In this document: one piece after another, positions 60,101 through 64,000 of the stretch
How the letters are laid out: every line of letters starts with the position of its first letter
How positions within the stretch are numbered: position 1 is the first letter of the stretch
Assembly: GCA_963707025.1 (NCBI GenBank)
Contig: CAVPOM010000018.1
Coordinates: forward strand, 192,001 to 256,000
DNA from: an uncultured Verrucomicrobiae bacterium
GTDB taxonomy: Bacteria; Verrucomicrobiota; Verrucomicrobiia; Limisphaerales; Palsa-1400
Reading direction: 5' to 3'
DNA: 64,000 nucleotides
Notes under the pieces: generated by a model
What the model was told of the DNA's origin: nothing
Database searches by the model: none
The model's input: only the letters and a program-made list of their open reading frames with translations
Position numbers and translations under genes: made by a program

Positions 60101-60285
60101 AACTTGTCGGGGCCAGTCTGGCCTGCGGCATGTCGGCCATGGTTCTGCCGTTGCGCGAGTTGGAACGCCAGGGCAAGGAAGGCCGCCTGACCAACGCCGA
60201 GGCCTTGTTTGCCCAGACCAGCCGCCATTTGGAATTGACCCGCAGCAAAGTCGGTACTTACGTGCGCGAATACCAACACCCGTGA
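57139..60285 (+). CDS. Hybrid sensor histidine kinase (multi-TM, PAS, HisKA/HATPase, two REC domains, Hpt)
   Basis: FLAKMSHEIRTPMNG, NLVSNAVKFT, DTGIGI, YGGTGLGL, LIVDDN, LLAEDN, AHKLVGAS; start codon uncertain. Confidence 0.95.
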   Translation: MSNCVSSVETVTAPENPATKRAGEFFRQQKQVNFKATDRMFAWLIAFEWLAAMAAASLIAPTIDQLKEIPQWHLFEMAAGLSGLIYLLPLTLALFHPGRAYTRHVIAVGQMLTPSLFIFLTGRGFETHFFVFGALASLAAYRDIKVLMTATLVVALDDRLGQWVQTIFFNPTYLMPWTWVEFTGWVLFEDTLLAIWIWESLRLMAGLARHQAEEEILNEIVAREVAERIEALKQENTRYRLVQTSLERSEARFRSLSESSPAGIFLADISGGRVYSNSKWLQMTGLTPSESMGDGWMRALHPEDKPGVVQWWQQCVRERKEYSQEFRLVTPQGEVHWVSCRAALIPTEEPAKDENGDAIEASEDSGGYVGTMRDITEYKKVEEELREAKAKADAAVKAKSEFLAKMSHEIRTPMNGVIGMANLLRDTPLGSQQREYADAIRRSAESLLLLINDVLDFSKSEAKKLIFETMDFDLQETIEGSLELLAEGAQAKNIELAGFVLADVPTQLRGDPRRLRQIVVNLVSNAVKFTECGEVVVSVSSVRESQAHVELRFEVRDTGIGIDPATQPKLFQVFSQADSSTTRKYGGTGLGLAISKQLVELMGGQIGFTSVPGQGSTFWFTAGFDKQPAGAKAAAAKSDKINLHVLIVDDNQTNRQILEELLHSWGMRSCAAHGAQEALEKLQESTHDPIDAVLLDMHMPGMNGITLAHVIKSDPAIAKTRVILLTSLGNLMDDDKLARTGVDACLVKPVKRARLYECLTGPAKEKGAAGAAPNQGPAPKPPIVLAARPLRILLAEDNLINQRVAVAQLKKLGYSPNVVSNGVEALEMAVQKAYDVILMDVQMPEMDGYEATEQIRSREKAAGRKPVYIVAMTANAMQGDREKCLAAQMSDYLSKPVKDTELKKALERAPLPAAGAGADGAADFVPPEAASDNDLVDLERLEAAANEDPAMLQELVELYFAQAKDLMNGLRGAINAGSAKDVDHFAHKLVGASLACGMSAMVLPLRELERQGKEGRLTNAEALFAQTSRHLELTRSKVGTYVREYQHP

Positions 60286-60671
60286 CACCCAACGAAAACC
60301 AATCCCAGGCCGCCGCCGGCAAGCCGGCGGTGGATTTTAAACAGTTGCGCGACGCGTCGGGCGAGGATCCCACCTTCCTGCGGGACCTGACCAAGCTTTA
60401 TTTCGACCAGGCCGGGGAGATCATGGCCGCCCTGGTCGTCGCCTTGGAAAAGCGTTCCGCGGGCGAGGTGGATTATTTGGCCCACCGGCTGGCCGGGGCC
60501 AGCCTCTCTTGCGGCATGTCGGCCATGGTGGCTCCCCTCCGGGAACTGGAGGCGCGCGGGCGCAAGGGCGATCTGACCGGCGCCGATGACTTCGTGGCCC
60601 AGGCCGCGGCCAACCTGGAGATCGTCCGCGCCGCGGTGCAGGAATATCTGCGCAGCGGCAAAACCGGCTAG
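60282..60671 (+). CDS. Stand-alone Hpt domain protein
   Basis: LAHRLAGASLSCG; similar to the kinase's own Hpt domain. Confidence 0.88.
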   Translation: MTPNENQSQAAAGKPAVDFKQLRDASGEDPTFLRDLTKLYFDQAGEIMAALVVALEKRSAGEVDYLAHRLAGASLSCGMSAMVAPLRELEARGRKGDLTGADDFVAQAAANLEIVRAAVQEYLRSGKTG

Positions 60672-60683
60672 GAGCCTGTTCCG

Positions 60684-61421
60684 GTGGGCCGAATCTTGTT
60701 CATTACAGGCACCGGCACCGGGGTTGGAAAAACCGTTTTGACAGCTCTGTTGCTGCGCCATTTGCGGGAGCAAGGGCTTGACGCCCTGGCCATCAAACCG
60801 TTTTGCTCCGGTTCCCGCAAGGACGCCCGCCTGCTGCAACGCCTCCAAAAAGAGGATCTCACGCTGGCCGCAACCAACCCGTTTTTTTTCAGGCGGCCGC
60901 TGGCGCCGTGGGTGGCGGCCAGGGAGAATGGCCGGGCGCAGATTCCTTTGCGCCACGCTCTGGGGAAGATCCGGCGCCTGGGCAAACGCGGCAGAATCCT
61001 GCTGGTGGAAGGTTCCGGCGGGGTGCTGGTCCCGTTGGGTGAAAATTACGCGGTGGCGGATTTAATTTCGCTGCTCCGCTGTGAAACTGTGCTTGTTGCG
61101 CCCAATAGTCTGGGGACCATCAACCACACGTTATTGACGGCGAAATACATGCAAGCCATTGGTGTAAAGGACATTAAGATTGTGATGATGTCAGGAAGAA
61201 AGCCGGATTTATCATCTAGGAGCAACATTCGTGCCATTTGTGAGCTGCTTCCGGCAATTCCGGTTTTTTCGCTGCCGTATTTGGGTGGGGAGGCCTCAAA
61301 TTTGGCCGCGGTGCGGAAAAATGCAAAAAAAGTGAAAAAAACGCTTGCGCAACTGGTTGGGGGTGGTAGTGTGGGCCGTTCCTTCCAACTGGGAGAAGAT
61401 TGCGCGACAATAAACCGTTGA
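60684..61421 (+). CDS. bioD: Dethiobiotin synthase
   Basis: FITGTGTGVGKT, KP..SG, VEGSGG..VP, LGTINHTLLT. Confidence 0.92.
   Translation: MGRILFITGTGTGVGKTVLTALLLRHLREQGLDALAIKPFCSGSRKDARLLQRLQKEDLTLAATNPFFFRRPLAPWVAARENGRAQIPLRHALGKIRRLGKRGRILLVEGSGGVLVPLGENYAVADLISLLRCETVLVAPNSLGTINHTLLTAKYMQAIGVKDIKIVMMSGRKPDLSSRSNIRAICELLPAIPVFSLPYLGGEASNLAAVRKNAKKVKKTLAQLVGGGSVGRSFQLGEDCATINR
61316..61372 (+). promoter_or_regulatory. Putative rRNA P1 promoter with A-tract UP element (inside the bioD 3' end)
   Basis: aaaaatgcaaaaaaagtgaaaaaaacgc TTGCGC-16-TAGTGT; second candidate TTGACA-17-CAGATT at 61418-61446. Confidence 0.65.
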
Positions 61422-61693
61422 CAATCCGGCGTTGAAGAGACAGATTGCTTCAACGAAAAGAACAGGTATCTGCGATGCCGAAATGAAGCAGGAGAATTCG
61501 GCAAGCAGGTGTTTTTGTCCATTGGATGGGAAGAGAATTTTGGGGTGGAGACACCCGGTGCTCATTGAAAATTGAATTGTGCGAATAGTGAGAGCCCCTT
61601 TGAAGTTCGCCTGTTAGTTTGGCGGGCTTTAGAGAGTTTTAAAATTGCAAAATCAGTCCGGCCAACCCCCGGACGAGATTCAAGCTAACGTTT

Positions 61694-63272
<1,579 letters not shown>

Positions 63273-63491
63273 CATGGACACGGGTTGAAAACCGTGCTCC
63301 TAGGTCGGTCAATCCCGGCTTGCCGGGGTTGATATGGCTTTCACTATCGCACAATTCAATATTCGTGAGCCTTTTGCAGGGCGCTGGTTCGCCCGGTTCG
63401 GCACGCAGACATTTTTTTGCGCCCGGACTTCCGTTCTTTAACAAGTGGTGGAGAGACGAACTTTTGGGGGAATGGCGGCCATCCGGTTGTG

Positions 63492-63567
63492 GGGGCTGTA
63501 GCTCAGTTGGTAGAGCGGTAGCTTTGCAAGCTATAGGTCAGGGGTTCGAATCTCCTCAGCTCCACCA
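63492..63567 (+). tRNA. tRNA-Ala(TGC)
   Basis: GGGGCTG/CAGCTCC acceptor stem, TGC anticodon, GGTTCGAA T-loop, CCA end. Confidence 0.97.
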
Positions 63568-63638
63568 ACTTTCGCGGAGCGAAAGTTGCCCGCCGCCGCG
63601 CGCCGCGCGCCGGCGGGCGGAAGCGACCCGCCAAAAAG

Positions 63639-63715
63639 GGGCGTGTAGCTCAGTTGGTTAGAGCATGCGCTTGATAAGCGCAGGGTCACTGGTTCGAATC
63701 CAGTCACGCCCACCA
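63639..63715 (+). tRNA. tRNA-Ile(GAT)
   Basis: GGGCGTG/CACGCCC acceptor stem, GAT anticodon, CCA end. Confidence 0.97.
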
Positions 63716-63780
63716 CTTGCGACGATTTGCCCGGAGGCGAAGGTTTGGGGCCGCAAGGCCCCGGCCGGGGCCGCCGGGAT

Positions 63781-63794
63781 TGTTCTTTGACAAC
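63781..63794 (+). promoter_or_regulatory. boxA-like antitermination site
   Basis: TGTTCTTTGACAA before the 23S; similar TGCTCATTGAAAA near 61559 and CGTTCTTTAACAA near 63432. Confidence 0.65.
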
Positions 63795-63864
63795 TACACA
63801 TAGATAATTAAGGGCATGTAAATTACAATTCGCTGAGTTACCATCGAAAGATGGTTATCTTTGT

Positions 63865-64000
63865 GATCAAGCTACTAAGTGCAAACGGTGGATGCCTTGG
63901 TGCCAAGAGGCGATGAAGGACGTAGCAGGTTGCGATAAGCCCCGGGGAGCCGCATAACAGGCTTTGATCCGGGGATTTCCGAATGGGACAACCCAGTGCC
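63865..64000 (+). rRNA. rrl: 23S rRNA, 5' end (truncated by the window)
   Basis: GATCAAGCTACTAAG...GGTGGATGCCTTGG...GCGATGAAGGACG...TTTCCGAATGGG. Confidence 0.97.

Noticed and set aside
63492..63715. tRNA order Ala-Ile instead of Ile-Ala
   Set aside because: A known spacer variant in several phyla; not novel.

Overview
This is a GC-rich chromosomal window from a Verrucomicrobiota bacterium, probably Pedosphaerales-like. The assignment rests on the 16S EUB338-III-type site ACACCTACGGGTGGCAGC, orphan prepilin/H-X9-DG proteins and passenger-repeat CAZymes. The window holds housekeeping genes (xseA, pyc, pyrG, kdsB, fabD, bioD, an N-terminal-half carB), plant-polysaccharide enzymes (PL4, GH51, GH2, GH115), a MoxR-DUF58-Bat operon, a hybrid sensor kinase with a separate Hpt protein, and the start of an rRNA operon (16S, tRNA-Ala, tRNA-Ile, 23S). 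Two loci stand out. (1) Inside the moxR-DUF58 junction lies a tandem array of antisense toxin-antitoxin cassettes, each headed by a diverged copy of the first ~21 codons of the DUF58 gene and each carrying an identically spaced leaderless promoter. A single 494-codon ORF runs through the whole array on the operon strand, and no integrase is present in the window. (2) A translationally coupled operon joins a secreted PIG-L enzyme and an SSS transporter to bshB1, bshA and a half-size BshC-like protein. Many intergenic regions carry short tandem or inverted repeats, REP-like palindromes and small cargo genes. All calls come from reading the sequence and recognising motifs; no database searches were run.
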